Positions 9,956 through 20,280 are shown, counted from the first letter of the stretch. The stretch is 64,000 bases of DNA from Myxococcales bacterium (GCA_003153015.1 PMBS01000254.1:9568-73567); one strand, 5' to 3'. The notes: generated from the sequence alone by a model not told the origin. A program made the numbers and translations.

Positions 9956-10071
9956 AAAAGTGGGCCACCCAGGTCCAGGAGATTGCGACGAACCCAGGCG
10001 GCCCACAAATCCGACACGCGGGATAGCCTCCCGCGTGTAACGCCTCCGTCACGGATCGGACAACTATTGGC

Positions 10072-10140
10072 ATGGGAACCCGCGCAGGGTTCCCGCGATG
10101 GTGCGCGGCGAGCAAAGCTCGCCGGCTCCCCACGCGACTA
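10072..10140. repeat. REP-like palindromic element, copy 2 (abuts the ppk1 stop codon)
   Basis: GGGAACCC-GCGCA-GGGTTCCC plus GCGATGGTGCGC-GGCGAGC-AAA-GCTCGCC-GGCTCCCCACGCGACTA, matching the reverse complement of 59223-59268. Confidence 0.8.
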
Positions 10141-12375
10141 TGACAGCAACGTGGGCTTGCCGAGCAGAGCGGGCAGCGCGCCAGTCGCTGCGGTCTTCGC
10201 CGGGCTTTCGCGCCCCGCCGCCACATATTCGTCCGTGCCCTCCCTCTGAGCCGGCGGCGTTGCCTCGGATTGCCTCGCCAGTTCAATGAAGCGATGCTGG
10301 CTGCGCCGCAATGGATCGCCATTCCCAGTGCGTAGACGTGTATAGGTCCCGTCGGGCAGCAACATGCGCGTCTTCACGTTGTCCTCCAGGCTGATGGTCA
10401 AGATTTCGTCGATCAAGCGGTCGCGGAGCGATTCGTCGTCGACCGGAAACATGACCTCAACACGACGAATGAAGTTGCGCGGCATCCAGTCGGCCGACGA
10501 CAGGTACACCTCACGCCGGCCGCCGGCGTGAAAGTGGAAGATGCGGGCGTGCTCGAGAAAGCGGTCGACCACGCTCAGCACGCGGATGTTCTCGCTCATG
10601 CCTGGAATTCCGGGCCGCAGGCAACAGATCCCGCGCACCAGCAGGTCGATCGACACCCCGTTCTGCGATGCCCGATACAGGGCGCGGATGACGTCCGGGT
10701 CGACCAGTGCATTCATCTTGGCCACGATGCGGCCTGAATGACCGTACATCCGCTCGCGCTCGATGAGTTCGACAATGCGCTCGGCAAGGCCCAGCGGTGC
10801 CACGGTAAAACGCTTCCACGAGGGCGGAGCGGAATATCCAGTCAGCAAATTGAACATGGCCCCGGTGTCGTCGGCAAAAGCCTCGCGCGCAGTGAAAAGC
10901 GAAATGTCCCCGTAGGTGCGAGCGGTAAGCGAATTGTAGTTCCCCGTCGAAAGATGCACGTAGCGACGGATGGCATCCCCCTCGCGGCGCACAACTAACG
11001 ATGCTTTGCAGTGGGTCTTCAGTCCCACCACCCCGTACACCACGTGCACACCCGCCTCTTCCAGCACGCGTGCCCAGGTGATGTTCCGTCTCTCGTCGAA
11101 GCGCGCCCGCAGCTCGATCATGGCGGTAACCTGCTTGCCATTCTCTGCGGCCCGGGTCAGCGCGGTGACGATAGGCGAATCGGCGCTGGTCCGGTACAAG
11201 GTCTGCTTGATGGCAAGAACGTCGGGGTCGTTGGCCGCCGCGGACACGAAATCCACCACGTGATCGAACGATTCGTACGGGAGGTGCAAGAGCACATCGT
11301 GCTCGGAAATGACCCGAAACATGTCCGCGTCGAGAAAGGCCGCGACTGGCTGAGGAGAAAACGCCTCGTCCCTGAAATCCCGCAACTCGTCGCGCGTGGC
11401 CAGCGGAGCCAGATCGGCCAGGTGGAGCGGTCCCTCCGCGGGGTAGACGTCATCCGGCTGCAAGTGCAGTGCCTTGCGCAGAAAGCTCTCTACCTCCGAC
11501 GGCGTGTCATGTGCGAGTTCCAGGCGCACTGCCTGGTTACGCTCGCGGCGACGCAGCTCACGCTGGATGGTCTTCAGCAGATCGTCCGCCTCGTCTTCAT
11601 CCACCGACAGGTCGAAATCGCGTGTCACGCGGAAGCAATGGCAGCCCATCACGCGAAAGCCGGGAAACAGCTCGCCCACGTGCATGGCAATCACGTCCTC
11701 GAGCAGGACGAAGGCGGCCCGATGGGGCGAGGACGGCGGGATCTCCACCAGGCGTTTCAGCACCGCCGGCACTTGCACAACCGCGAAAATGCGCGAGCGG
11801 CGAGCCACGCGCTGGCTCTCCTTGCGCAGGACAATGGCCAGGTTGAGGCTGCGGTTGCGCAGCACCGGAAAGGGGTGGCCCTGGTCCACCGCGAGCGGCG
11901 TCAGCACCGGCCACACGTTACGGCTGAAGTGCGCGTTCAGGAACCCCTTCTGCTCGGGGTTGAGTTGGTCAGGCGCCAGGATGGCCAGGCCCGCTTTGGC
12001 GGTCAGTTGGGGCGCGACAAAGTCGCGGAAGTTGCGGTACAGGGCCGCCACCATGTCGTGAGTGCGCGAGGAGATCGCCGCGAGCTGCTCTCCAGGCAAC
12101 ATCCCGTCTGCACCACTGTCGGCCACACCGCCGGCCAGCAACTGCTTGAGCCCGGCGACCCGCACCATGAAGAACTCGTCCAGGTTGGACGCCACGATGC
12201 CCTGGAACTTGCAACGTTCGGCCAGCGGCACATTCGGGTCACACGCCTCTTCCAATACGCGTCCGTTGAACTCCAACCAGGACAGTTCGCGATTGATGAA
12301 GTGGTGCGGGCACACATCGCTCCCTGCGCTGCCGAGCGCGTGGTCAGTCGAAGCAGAATGGCGCTTGGAAGACAA
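10138..12375 (-). CDS. ppk1: Polyphosphate kinase 1
   Basis: FINRELSWLEFN, SNLDEFFMVRVAG, HPFP, IKQTLYRT, ARFDE, LKTHCK, TGNYN, DRFLEHARI, SADWMPRN; TTG start uncertain. Confidence 0.97.
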   Translation of the reverse strand: MSSKRHSASTDHALGSAGSDVCPHHFINRELSWLEFNGRVLEEACDPNVPLAERCKFQGIVASNLDEFFMVRVAGLKQLLAGGVADSGADGMLPGEQLAAISSRTHDMVAALYRNFRDFVAPQLTAKAGLAILAPDQLNPEQKGFLNAHFSRNVWPVLTPLAVDQGHPFPVLRNRSLNLAIVLRKESQRVARRSRIFAVVQVPAVLKRLVEIPPSSPHRAAFVLLEDVIAMHVGELFPGFRVMGCHCFRVTRDFDLSVDEDEADDLLKTIQRELRRRERNQAVRLELAHDTPSEVESFLRKALHLQPDDVYPAEGPLHLADLAPLATRDELRDFRDEAFSPQPVAAFLDADMFRVISEHDVLLHLPYESFDHVVDFVSAAANDPDVLAIKQTLYRTSADSPIVTALTRAAENGKQVTAMIELRARFDERRNITWARVLEEAGVHVVYGVVGLKTHCKASLVVRREGDAIRRYVHLSTGNYNSLTARTYGDISLFTAREAFADDTGAMFNLLTGYSAPPSWKRFTVAPLGLAERIVELIERERMYGHSGRIVAKMNALVDPDVIRALYRASQNGVSIDLLVRGICCLRPGIPGMSENIRVLSVVDRFLEHARIFHFHAGGRREVYLSSADWMPRNFIRRVEVMFPVDDESLRDRLIDEILTISLEDNVKTRMLLPDGTYTRLRTGNGDPLRRSQHRFIELARQSEATPPAQREGTDEYVAAGRESPAKTAATGALPALLGKPTLLS

Positions 12376-12410
12376 GGTTTAGGTCTTGCTCCGCGTTGAG
12401 ACCACCTTCT

Positions 12411-12437
12411 GTGACAATTCTGTGAACTCTTGTGATG
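12411..12437 (-). promoter_or_regulatory. Pho-box-like repeats upstream of ppk1
   Basis: Plus-strand GTGACA 12411, GTGAAC 12422, GTGATG 12432; reads GTTCAC-N5-TGTCAC toward ppk1. Confidence 0.6.
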
Positions 12438-12469
12438 CCCGCCAACCCTGCGTGTTACTGAGCATCTGT

Positions 12470-13969
12470 TCAAGCCACTTCGACCCGCAAACGGCGGCGA
12501 AATACCTGGCGAAACAGCGATGCCTCGCGCATCACGTCCCACATCTCCAGATCCATGGTTCCTCGCGCGGCCAGAGTCAAGACGATCTCGTGCGGCCGGA
12601 CTCGGGCCGTCAAACGTCGCACCGGCCGGGCGTGACTGCGATCGAGCGAGTCTGCCACACGCAGCAGGGTCGCCAGCTTGCGCACGATTACGGCCTCGCT
12701 GCGCGACAGCCCCGCCATGCCGCTGTGGTGGAGGTCAGGGTGGCTTCTGCGGTGATAGCGTGCGATGCGCGCAACCAGATCGCGCTCGCGGTCGGCCAAG
12801 CCCGGAATGTCCGTATTACGCACCAGATACTCCGTGTGACGATGGTGCTTCTGATAGTTCACGGAATTGCCGATGTCGTGCAACCACGCGGCTGCCTCCA
12901 AATACGGACGAACTGCGGCCGGCAAGCGGTGAATCTGCGGGATCTGATCGAACAGGGCCAACGCCAGCGTGGCGACCTGGCGTGCGTGCGCCTCATCGAA
13001 CTGAAACCGGCGCCCAAGCGCAAGCGCCTCATCAGCCAGAGAACGGTCGCGCTGACTGGTGTTGCGACGGTTGAGCAAATCGACCAGCAAACCGTCGCGT
13101 AGGCCTCGATCGACGGCCGTCACCGCATCCAGTGAAAGCCGGCGCGCCAGCGCCTCCAGAATCACAGCGCCAGCGAGCACAATATCGGCACGGGCTGGGT
13201 CAAAACGCTGCCGTCGCTCGCGCGGGCTCATGACCGCCAGTTCCTCGACCGCGCGGCCCAGTTGCTTGACCGTGGCCTGGTTGCTGCCTTCGGCCGCCGT
13301 GTAGTCAACCACCGCCCGGATCGAGCCCGAACTGCCCAACGCCACGCGGGGCGCGCCGGGGAGAACCTTGGGCAGCGACTCGGCCATGGCTTCCCGAGCA
13401 TAACCGCGCGCTAGTCGAAGCTGCTTGCTTGTGGTGGTGTGGGCCAACTTGAACAGCTCGGTCAGGCGAACTGCGCCCATCGCCAGACTCCAGAGGTGGG
13501 TGGGTCGGTCGCCCAACGCCACCGCCACCTCAGTCGATCCCCCGCCGATATCAACACACAGTGATCGGGTTTTGGGCGGCTTGCCGTGCAAGACGCCCAG
13601 GCAAATAAGTCGTGCCTCTTCTTTGCCTGAGATGATCTCCAGATCCAGCTTCGCCTCGCGTTGCACGCGCCGGACGATCTCGTCGCGGTTGCGCGCCTCA
13701 CGCAAGGCACTGGTCGCCACCGCGCGCACCCGAGCGCGATAGCGGCGGCACAGGGATCCATAGCGCCGCAGGGTGGCCACCAACCGCTCGACGGCCGGTC
13801 CCGGAATCGCGCCTCGCATGAACACGTCCTGTCCTGGCCGCACCGGATCCCGTTCCTGATGAGTGATCTCGATACTGCCGTCGGGCAAAGCGCGGCCCAT
13901 CTGCAAGCGCACGGCGTTGGCGCCTACGTCTACGGCTGCGATGATGGAATCAGTTCCTGGTGCTCTCAC
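12470..13969 (-). CDS. ppx: Ppx/GppA family exopolyphosphatase with C-terminal HD-like domain
   Basis: AAVDVGANAVRL, AVATSALREARN, ISGKEEARL, DIGGGSTE, GLRDG, LHDIG, ARYHR; GTG 13969 with GGAG RBS. Confidence 0.93.
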   Translation of the reverse strand: MRAPGTDSIIAAVDVGANAVRLQMGRALPDGSIEITHQERDPVRPGQDVFMRGAIPGPAVERLVATLRRYGSLCRRYRARVRAVATSALREARNRDEIVRRVQREAKLDLEIISGKEEARLICLGVLHGKPPKTRSLCVDIGGGSTEVAVALGDRPTHLWSLAMGAVRLTELFKLAHTTTSKQLRLARGYAREAMAESLPKVLPGAPRVALGSSGSIRAVVDYTAAEGSNQATVKQLGRAVEELAVMSPRERRQRFDPARADIVLAGAVILEALARRLSLDAVTAVDRGLRDGLLVDLLNRRNTSQRDRSLADEALALGRRFQFDEAHARQVATLALALFDQIPQIHRLPAAVRPYLEAAAWLHDIGNSVNYQKHHRHTEYLVRNTDIPGLADRERDLVARIARYHRRSHPDLHHSGMAGLSRSEAVIVRKLATLLRVADSLDRSHARPVRRLTARVRPHEIVLTLAARGTMDLEMWDVMREASLFRQVFRRRLRVEVA

Positions 13970-14020
13970 GGTGCAAGGCTCCGGCTTGGCTAATCGCCCC
14001 TTGAGGCGTTGTACGAAATT

Positions 14021-14050
14021 ATGACAGGGCAACGTGACAAACCAGCAACA
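14021..14050 (-). promoter_or_regulatory. Pho-box-like repeats upstream of ppx
   Basis: Plus-strand GTGACA 14034 and GCAACA 14045 (11 bp apart), extra ATGACA at 14021. Confidence 0.55.
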
Positions 14051-14123
14051 ATCGGACGGGCCGGCTCGTCTCCCTTTCCCCATGACCGTCCGCGAGATGG
14101 GAGAAGCACGAAAGTTTCAGCAA

Positions 14124-14156
14124 CTTCACCGTCCCGTAACCTTGGGGCCGTAGCCT
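14124..14156 (+). promoter_or_regulatory. Pho-box-like repeat plus candidate -10 for regulator copy 2
   Basis: CTTCAC 14124, CGTAAC 14135, then 10 nt, then TAGCCT 14151. Confidence 0.5.
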
Positions 14157-14163
14157 GTCGGCA

Positions 14164-14955
14164 ATGGTTGAATCCAGTCGTCGACCCTTGCCCCGCATCC
14201 TGGTCGTCGAGGACGAAGTCGACATCAGCGCCTCGTTGTCGTACAGCCTGAAGGCAATGGGCTATGAAGTGCAGGTCGCGGAACGTGGCGAGGCGGCGCT
14301 GGAGGCGTTGGCCAGCTTTCGTGCCGACTTGGTTCTGCTGGACATCATGCTGCCCGACATATCGGGATTCGATGTCTGCCGCCGCATACGAGCAGCGACT
14401 AGTGGTGTCCAGCCCGTGGTGATCATGCTGACCGCCAAGAGCCAGGAACTGAACCGCGTGGCCGGCTTCGAGGTGGGCGCCGACGATTATGTGACCAAGC
14501 CGTTCAGCATCCGCGAGCTCATGCTGCGCATTGAGGCGCGACTCAAGGCGCGACGGCCAGCGGCTGAGCCGGCCCCGGGATCGAAAGGCGCCAAGAACCC
14601 GGAAGACGAAGCGCGGGTGAAAGTGGGCCCGCTGGAAATCGACCGGGCTGAGCACCGCGTGTTCGTGTCCGGCGAGGAAGTCCGGGTTAGTCCACTGGAG
14701 ATGCGCCTTCTGCTTTTCCTGGTGCGAACCCCGGGCAAGATGCGTACGCGCAAGGAACTGCTGACCGAGGTTTGGGGCTACCATCCGGAGGTATCCAGCC
14801 GCACTCTGGACACGCATGTAAAACGCATCCGTGACAAGTTCGGCGCTTCCGGCGATCTCATTCAGACGGTGCGCGGGGTGGGCTATCGCTTGGCTGTGCA
14901 TGCAGAGCCGGCGGCACAGAAACCAGCAACGGCCACCCCAACGCGCAAAGGCTGA
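14164..14955 (+). CDS. OmpR/PhoB-family response regulator, PhoB-like copy 2
   Basis: ILVVEDE, LLDIMLPD, GADDYVTKPF, EVWGYHPEVSSRTLDTHVKRIR, TVRGVGY. Confidence 0.92.
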   Translation: MVESSRRPLPRILVVEDEVDISASLSYSLKAMGYEVQVAERGEAALEALASFRADLVLLDIMLPDISGFDVCRRIRAATSGVQPVVIMLTAKSQELNRVAGFEVGADDYVTKPFSIRELMLRIEARLKARRPAAEPAPGSKGAKNPEDEARVKVGPLEIDRAEHRVFVSGEEVRVSPLEMRLLLFLVRTPGKMRTRKELLTEVWGYHPEVSSRTLDTHVKRIRDKFGASGDLIQTVRGVGYRLAVHAEPAAQKPATATPTRKG

Positions 14956-14985
14956 AGAGGCAATGATGTGCGCAGCCGACGCATC

Positions 14986-15774
14986 TCACCTGCGCCGGGC
15001 GACGCTGCCCGGCGGATCGTGGCGACGGACCCGCTGCTGTGGCTTGGCCAGGCGATAGCCTACGCCATGCACTGTCTGGATCATCCACGCCATGGGCCCG
15101 AACTTGTCGCGGATGCGTTTGATATGGGTGTCGAGGGTACGACTGGAAACATCAGGGCGGTAGCCCCAGACCTCAGTCAGCAACTCGCGGCGCGTGTGCA
15201 TCTTGCCCGGCGAACTGGCCATGTATGCCAGCAGGCGCATTTCTTGGGCGCTGAAGCTGATCTCTTCACCCGCAAGAAAAACCCGGTGGCCTGCTTGATC
15301 GATCTCCAATGGTCCCAGGGTCAGGCGCTCGTCAGTCGTATGCTGGCCCCGGAGTTCGCCGACAGCAGCCAGCTCGGCGGTTTGGCGCGCCCGCAGCCGC
15401 ACCTCGATGCGCAACATCAGCTCGCGCAGGCTGAACGGCTTGGTCACAAAGTCGTCCGCTCCAACCTCGAAACCTGCTACCCGGTCACTTTCTCCGGTCT
15501 TGGCGGTCAGAATGACCACGGCTGGTTGCCGGGCCACCGCGCTGGCACGGATTCGACGACAAACCTCGAAGCCGGAGCAATCGGGCAGGCTGATGTCCAG
15601 CAAGACCAGGTCAGGGCACAAATCGGGAAACGCACGCATGGCCTCTTCACCAGTGCCGACGACCTGCACCTTGTAACCCGCAGCCTCGAGAATGTACGAC
15701 AGCGAACCGCTCAGATTAGGCTCGTCTTGCACGACGAGAATGCGCACGGGCGCCTGGGATGAGATCCCGAGCAT
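14986..15774 (-). CDS. OmpR/PhoB-family response regulator, PhoB-like copy 3
   Basis: ILVVQDE, LLDISLPD, GADDFVTKPF, EVWGYRPDVSSRTLDTHIKRIR, TVHGVGY; start trimmed to ATG 15774. Confidence 0.9.
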   Translation of the reverse strand: MLGISSQAPVRILVVQDEPNLSGSLSYILEAAGYKVQVVGTGEEAMRAFPDLCPDLVLLDISLPDCSGFEVCRRIRASAVARQPAVVILTAKTGESDRVAGFEVGADDFVTKPFSLRELMLRIEVRLRARQTAELAAVGELRGQHTTDERLTLGPLEIDQAGHRVFLAGEEISFSAQEMRLLAYMASSPGKMHTRRELLTEVWGYRPDVSSRTLDTHIKRIRDKFGPMAWMIQTVHGVGYRLAKPQQRVRRHDPPGSVARRR

Positions 15775-15808
15775 GCGGCGACCATATTCGGGGTACCATG
15801 GAGATCGT

Positions 15809-15847
15809 GTTACAGCACTGCAACGTGATTGTGAATGCAATGTGGAG
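15809..15847 (-). promoter_or_regulatory. Four-unit Pho-box-like array upstream of regulator copy 3
   Basis: Plus-strand GTTACA 15809, GCAACG 15820, GTGAAT 15831, GTGGAG 15842 (exact 11-bp period). Confidence 0.6.
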
Positions 15848-15901
15848 CCCATGGGCGTCATCGAGCGAATGCGTACCGCGCCATAGGAATGCGACGCGCG
15901 A

Positions 15902-16849
15902 CTACTGCGTCACCTTGATCTTGTATTGCTTGAAAGTCGTGCCACCGCGTGAATCGCGCAGCACGAGCCACAGGTAGACCGGCATTGCCGTATCCGGGGC
16001 CTTCCAGGTATTGCTGGTCGAGATTGCGACTTCGGTGCCTGCCACACCCGTGCGGTCGTGTTCAAACGACCCGGACGTGGCAAACCAGGACATGTACAAA
16101 CTCTCGGTTTGATCCACCAGCGCGTCGCCGCTCGGGTTGAGGACCGGGAACGTCTCGGCCGAGCTCGCCGTGAACCTTGCCTCGAAGACGACCGATTCGC
16201 CCGGCGACACGATCTGGGTGTCGAAATCGAGGTTCAGCCGGGAACCGTCGGCCCTGACAACATCGGTGGAGGCGATGCCGGGATCGTTGTTCGGTTGGTA
16301 CCGCGTGTTGTATTCGTCGACAATAGTCGTTGGAGCATTGGCCAGATTGCAGGCAATTCGCTCAAAGGCAAATCCGGTCAGGCTGCCGGTCGCTAGATCA
16401 GGGAATTTCACCCGAACCGGCAAGTAGTAGCCGCCGGTGCTATCCGGATCGCGCGGTCTGATCGCCGGCTGTCCCGCCGAAGGCGGGGGCGCAATGGGGC
16501 CGAACAGGGTGCAGGCGTTGGTGAGGACCGGGGTCTCGAAGGTCTGTCCCGTGGTCGGGCCAGGCGCGGGAGGATTGCAGGCACTGGCCACCGAATTGTT
16601 CTCGGCCGGGGGTTTGGGTGTCTCGCAAACATCCCAGCCTGCGGTGGCGTCGGTCACAGTTCCCGCGGGCGATGCAAGCAAGAAGGAGTACACCACGTCG
16701 GCCCCTGGCTTGGACTCGGGGGGCTCGCCCCTCACCGCGAGAAGAGCGTAGTCGGTGACGAGCGAGGGAGCCTGCCCCACCTCGGGCTTGCACCCGAGCA
16801 CGGTGCTGGCAAGAGCGACCACAAGAAGAGGTTGTTTTGCGTAGGCCAT
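15902..16849 (-). CDS. Cys-containing lipoprotein associated with the TonB-dependent receptor (cassette A)
   Basis: Lipobox VLGC; paralog of 53535-54557 (LAVxGEP, PKPPxExNSV, IRPRDPDxTGGYYLPVRV, CxLANAP, GSFEHD, LxDSRGG). Confidence 0.8.
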   Translation of the reverse strand: MAYAKQPLLVVALASTVLGCKPEVGQAPSLVTDYALLAVRGEPPESKPGADVVYSFLLASPAGTVTDATAGWDVCETPKPPAENNSVASACNPPAPGPTTGQTFETPVLTNACTLFGPIAPPPSAGQPAIRPRDPDSTGGYYLPVRVKFPDLATGSLTGFAFERIACNLANAPTTIVDEYNTRYQPNNDPGIASTDVVRADGSRLNLDFDTQIVSPGESVVFEARFTASSAETFPVLNPSGDALVDQTESLYMSWFATSGSFEHDRTGVAGTEVAISTSNTWKAPDTAMPVYLWLVLRDSRGGTTFKQYKIKVTQ

Positions 16850-19501
16850 CTAGAACTCCAGGCGTGCACCCGCAACCGCAAGTATCGGCAGTCCGATGAT
16901 GTAGCTTCGCTGCTTGTAGTCCTGACTGTAAATAGTCTCCTCGGGATTCTTGCGATTAGTAACGTTTTGCACGTCGATGAACATGCTCAGCTTCGTCCGC
17001 CGCATGACGAATGCCTTTTCGCCACGGAGATCCAGTTGGTAGAAGGCCGGGATGCGAATGGAGTTGTGCGCTCCGAAGACGGGCTCATAGTAGCCGTTTC
17101 TGCCGAGATAGCTGTCCACCACCGGTGTGCGCGGCATCCCGCTGGAGTAGCGAAAACGTCCACCTACCACGAAGTCCCTGCCCAACTCGTAGCTGGCGAG
17201 GAGAGCCAGCACGTGGGTCTGGTCATAGTCGAACAAGCGAAATGCCTGATCAGGATGATCGCGGCGCTCGCTGCGTGACAGGGTGTAGGTCGCCCAGCCG
17301 AAGAAGCCCTTGAACAGTTCCTGTCGAAGCAGAACTTGGAGTCCAAACACGCGACCGGTTCCATCCTGGGCCAGCGCCTGTCCCACTGGCGGGGATGGAC
17401 TTTCGCTGCGTGAGACGAGGTCGTACAGTTTCTTGTAGAAACCCACGGATTCCAAGGTCAAGGTCGGACGCAGCTTGAACGAGAACCCACCGGTCAGGTG
17501 TACGGCATATGACCCCACAATTGACGGGTTGCCGAATACCGGGGACATGTCCGCGGGATCGGGCGGCTGGCCGTATACTCCCGCGCCGCTGGTGAGGGTG
17601 AGCTTGGGGGTAGGTCGCCACGCGATCTGCAAACGCGGATTGGGAAAGTTGCGCAGCACCGGGACGCTAATCGGATTGGGGGGAGCGTCGAGCCGAGAAT
17701 AGCCGACCGGGGGCGCGATATTGCTGAACGGAAGGCGATGATCCCCTTCGATCCAAGTGGGTTCGAAACGCAAGCCCGGCGTCACGGTCCAGTTGCCGAG
17801 CTTGATGTCCACCGTGGCATAGCTGGCCACGCTGAAGACAGTCACGTTCCAGTTGTCGGATGCGGTCTCGGATGGGGGGCGTTGGCCGAAGACGACGATG
17901 TCTCCTTCCCGGGGCGGCTGGTTCACTGAACCGTTCCGGCTGAGTTGGACTTGCTGTCCCTGTACATCCATGCCGACCAAGAGCACCGCCGTCGGATGAA
18001 TGCGCCGGCGCAGACTTCCGCGCAAAGCGTAGGACAAGGTCTGCGTGTCGAGCTGCGTGCTTTCATCGCCGAAAGTGTCTCGCTCGGCATTGTGGTCGAT
18101 GCCCATCGAGGGAGTCACGCGCACGCTGGAGCCATCGTCGAACAAGCGGCTGTAGCTGACGAAGATGCGGCGAAAAGAGGTGTCATTGTTCTGCGTGCGC
18201 AGATCTGCGGGGTCGCTGGCCGGAATGGTTCGTTGCAGGTGATCGTCCGACGCGAGAAAAGTCGCGGCGATCTCCTCGTCCTTGCGCAGGCTCAGGGAGG
18301 CCCGCGCCTGGTAGTCGTCGTAGCGCGGGATAGGAAATGAGTCGCCGATGTCGGCCGAGGTGACTCCCGATATCACGCGGTCGAGGTAGCTGATACGTCC
18401 AGCCACGGCCAAGCGCAGCCGTGGGGTCACTGCGGCTGACACCTCGGCCGAGGTGTCCATGATGTCGCCGGCAACATAGCCGTGCACGCCGGACGGGGGA
18501 AGCTGGCCGAGTTCGATGCGCACCAGACCGCCCAGCCCGCGTCCGTAGTCGGCGCCGTACGCCCCGGGCGAGAGATCGATGGACTTGACCAGATCGGAGT
18601 TCACCGTCGAGCGTAGACCGCCCATGTGGTACAGGCTGGGAATCTCCACCCCCTCAACCACCACCCTGGTCTCCTTGGGCGAGGAGCCCCAGACCACAAG
18701 CTGGCCTGAACCGAAGCTGGCGCGTCCCACCCCCGGCAGGTTCTGCACAACCTTGAGGGTGTCGCCCTGCGTGCCAGGAACCTTGCGCGCCTCTTCGGTG
18801 CGGATGCGGGTTTCCACCGCCTCCTTCTTGATGCGGGCCGCACGTACGATGACTTCCTCGTCGACGTCTTCCTCCCTCTGTTCGACGTAGTACTTCATGG
18901 TGCGCTTCTGGCTCGGCCGGATGGTTTCGTCGGTCAGCACAGTGACGAGCCGCGGATGTCGGATCTCAACCTTGTGCGCGCCAGGAGGCAGATCAGTGAA
19001 CGAGAAGGCCCCGGCCGCATCGGTCTTGGTGGCCAAGTCCAGGTCCTTGATACGCACGGTCACATCGGCCATGGGCTGCTTTTTGAATCGATCCAGAACC
19101 ACGCCCTCGAAGTTCACCTGTGGTCCGAGTGACACCATCTTGGTCACAATGGTGAAGTCGTAGCGGTAAGTGATCTTGACGGGAATGGCTTGTCCTCCGG
19201 CCTCCGCCGGGGTGAAGAGGAACTGCCGGGCAGCAGCAACCGCGGCGCTGTCGAAATCGGACCCGCCGCTTTCGACAACCTCGACCCCGCCCACCTTGCC
19301 GTCGTCCCCCACCTCGATCGAAAGCAGCACGCGTGCGGTGATGCCGGCGTCGTGCTTGTCCTTGGGGTATTCGGCCGGGACGAAATGAATCAGGCGCGGG
19401 GGCTTGGTGATGGCGACCGTTTCATCGGCACGCGAAGGCCCCGGGCAGACCGGGAACCCGGCGCCCACCAGAGCGGCCACAAAGACAAGGCGGTGGTGCA
19501 A
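16850..19501 (-). CDS. TonB-dependent receptor with N-terminal TonB-C-like and carboxypeptidase-regulatory-like domains (cassette A)
   Basis: Signal peptide; PPRL..PAEYP..VLLSIEV...FDSAAVAAARQF (TonB-C like); plug PGTQGDTLKVVQNLPGV; barrel with C-terminal Phe (ARLEF). Confidence 0.9.
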   Translation of the reverse strand: MHHRLVFVAALVGAGFPVCPGPSRADETVAITKPPRLIHFVPAEYPKDKHDAGITARVLLSIEVGDDGKVGGVEVVESGGSDFDSAAVAAARQFLFTPAEAGGQAIPVKITYRYDFTIVTKMVSLGPQVNFEGVVLDRFKKQPMADVTVRIKDLDLATKTDAAGAFSFTDLPPGAHKVEIRHPRLVTVLTDETIRPSQKRTMKYYVEQREEDVDEEVIVRAARIKKEAVETRIRTEEARKVPGTQGDTLKVVQNLPGVGRASFGSGQLVVWGSSPKETRVVVEGVEIPSLYHMGGLRSTVNSDLVKSIDLSPGAYGADYGRGLGGLVRIELGQLPPSGVHGYVAGDIMDTSAEVSAAVTPRLRLAVAGRISYLDRVISGVTSADIGDSFPIPRYDDYQARASLSLRKDEEIAATFLASDDHLQRTIPASDPADLRTQNNDTSFRRIFVSYSRLFDDGSSVRVTPSMGIDHNAERDTFGDESTQLDTQTLSYALRGSLRRRIHPTAVLLVGMDVQGQQVQLSRNGSVNQPPREGDIVVFGQRPPSETASDNWNVTVFSVASYATVDIKLGNWTVTPGLRFEPTWIEGDHRLPFSNIAPPVGYSRLDAPPNPISVPVLRNFPNPRLQIAWRPTPKLTLTSGAGVYGQPPDPADMSPVFGNPSIVGSYAVHLTGGFSFKLRPTLTLESVGFYKKLYDLVSRSESPSPPVGQALAQDGTGRVFGLQVLLRQELFKGFFGWATYTLSRSERRDHPDQAFRLFDYDQTHVLALLASYELGRDFVVGGRFRYSSGMPRTPVVDSYLGRNGYYEPVFGAHNSIRIPAFYQLDLRGEKAFVMRRTKLSMFIDVQNVTNRKNPEETIYSQDYKQRSYIIGLPILAVAGARLEF

Positions 19502-20236
19502 TCAATCCCCCAGCTCAAAACGGCGGGCCAAGACATAGGTCCCTCCCGCGACCGGCTTGCCACAGGCCATGGCTGGCCGGAAGCGCCACTGTTTGACCGC
19601 GGCCACCGCGGCCGCGTCGAGTTCGGGGGAGACGCTGGCCAGCACCTCGACCGCCATCACCGAGCCGTCCGCGCCGACCACGATCTTCAGCTTGAGCTTG
19701 CCTTCGATCCCCTCGGAGCGTGCTGCAGCCGTGTACTCGATCTCGGTCTTGAATACGGGCTCAGGCTTGGAAGGCTCGTCCGTGCAGCGCTCCTCGATGT
19801 TCGGCCCTGCCCCCAGCTCCTGGCGCTGGCGGTGGTGATGCGCCTCGGGTTCGAAGGTGGCCACCTTGGTGGGCGCCACGGCCTGGGGGGCCCGCACGAT
19901 CGGGATTGCCACGGCATCGCCGATATCCTCGTTGCTCATGGCGATCTCGGTCGGCATGACCATGGTAGCCACCTTGGCTGCCGCAACTGGGGCCGCGACC
20001 GGCATGAGCTTGGGCGCGGCCGCGAGTTTCTGCTCCTTCGGCTTCGCATCCACCTTGGCCAGCTTGGGCGGAGCCTTGGGCTTGAGCGGCGCCTCCTTCT
20101 TCTTCTTCTTCTTGGCCTCCTCCTGCAACTGCACAACGTAGGTCTTGCCCGAGGCGCGGTGTTGCGATGCCGTGAGCAGGGCAAACGCAAACCCGGCGTG
20201 AATGACCATCGAAATAGCGACCGTGGACTTCTTCAC
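19502..20236 (-). CDS. tonB: Energy transducer TonB
   Basis: N-terminal TM with SxxIH, Lys/Pro/Ala-rich linker, C-terminal YTAAARSEGIEG...AVKQWRFRPA. Confidence 0.88.
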   Translation of the reverse strand: MKKSTVAISMVIHAGFAFALLTASQHRASGKTYVVQLQEEAKKKKKKEAPLKPKAPPKLAKVDAKPKEQKLAAAPKLMPVAAPVAAAKVATMVMPTEIAMSNEDIGDAVAIPIVRAPQAVAPTKVATFEPEAHHHRQRQELGAGPNIEERCTDEPSKPEPVFKTEIEYTAAARSEGIEGKLKLKIVVGADGSVMAVEVLASVSPELDAAAVAAVKQWRFRPAMACGKPVAGGTYVLARRFELGD

Positions 20237-20280
20237 GGCAAGACCTCACGACTGGGCAGCAAGTGGCAGAGCAATGTCCG

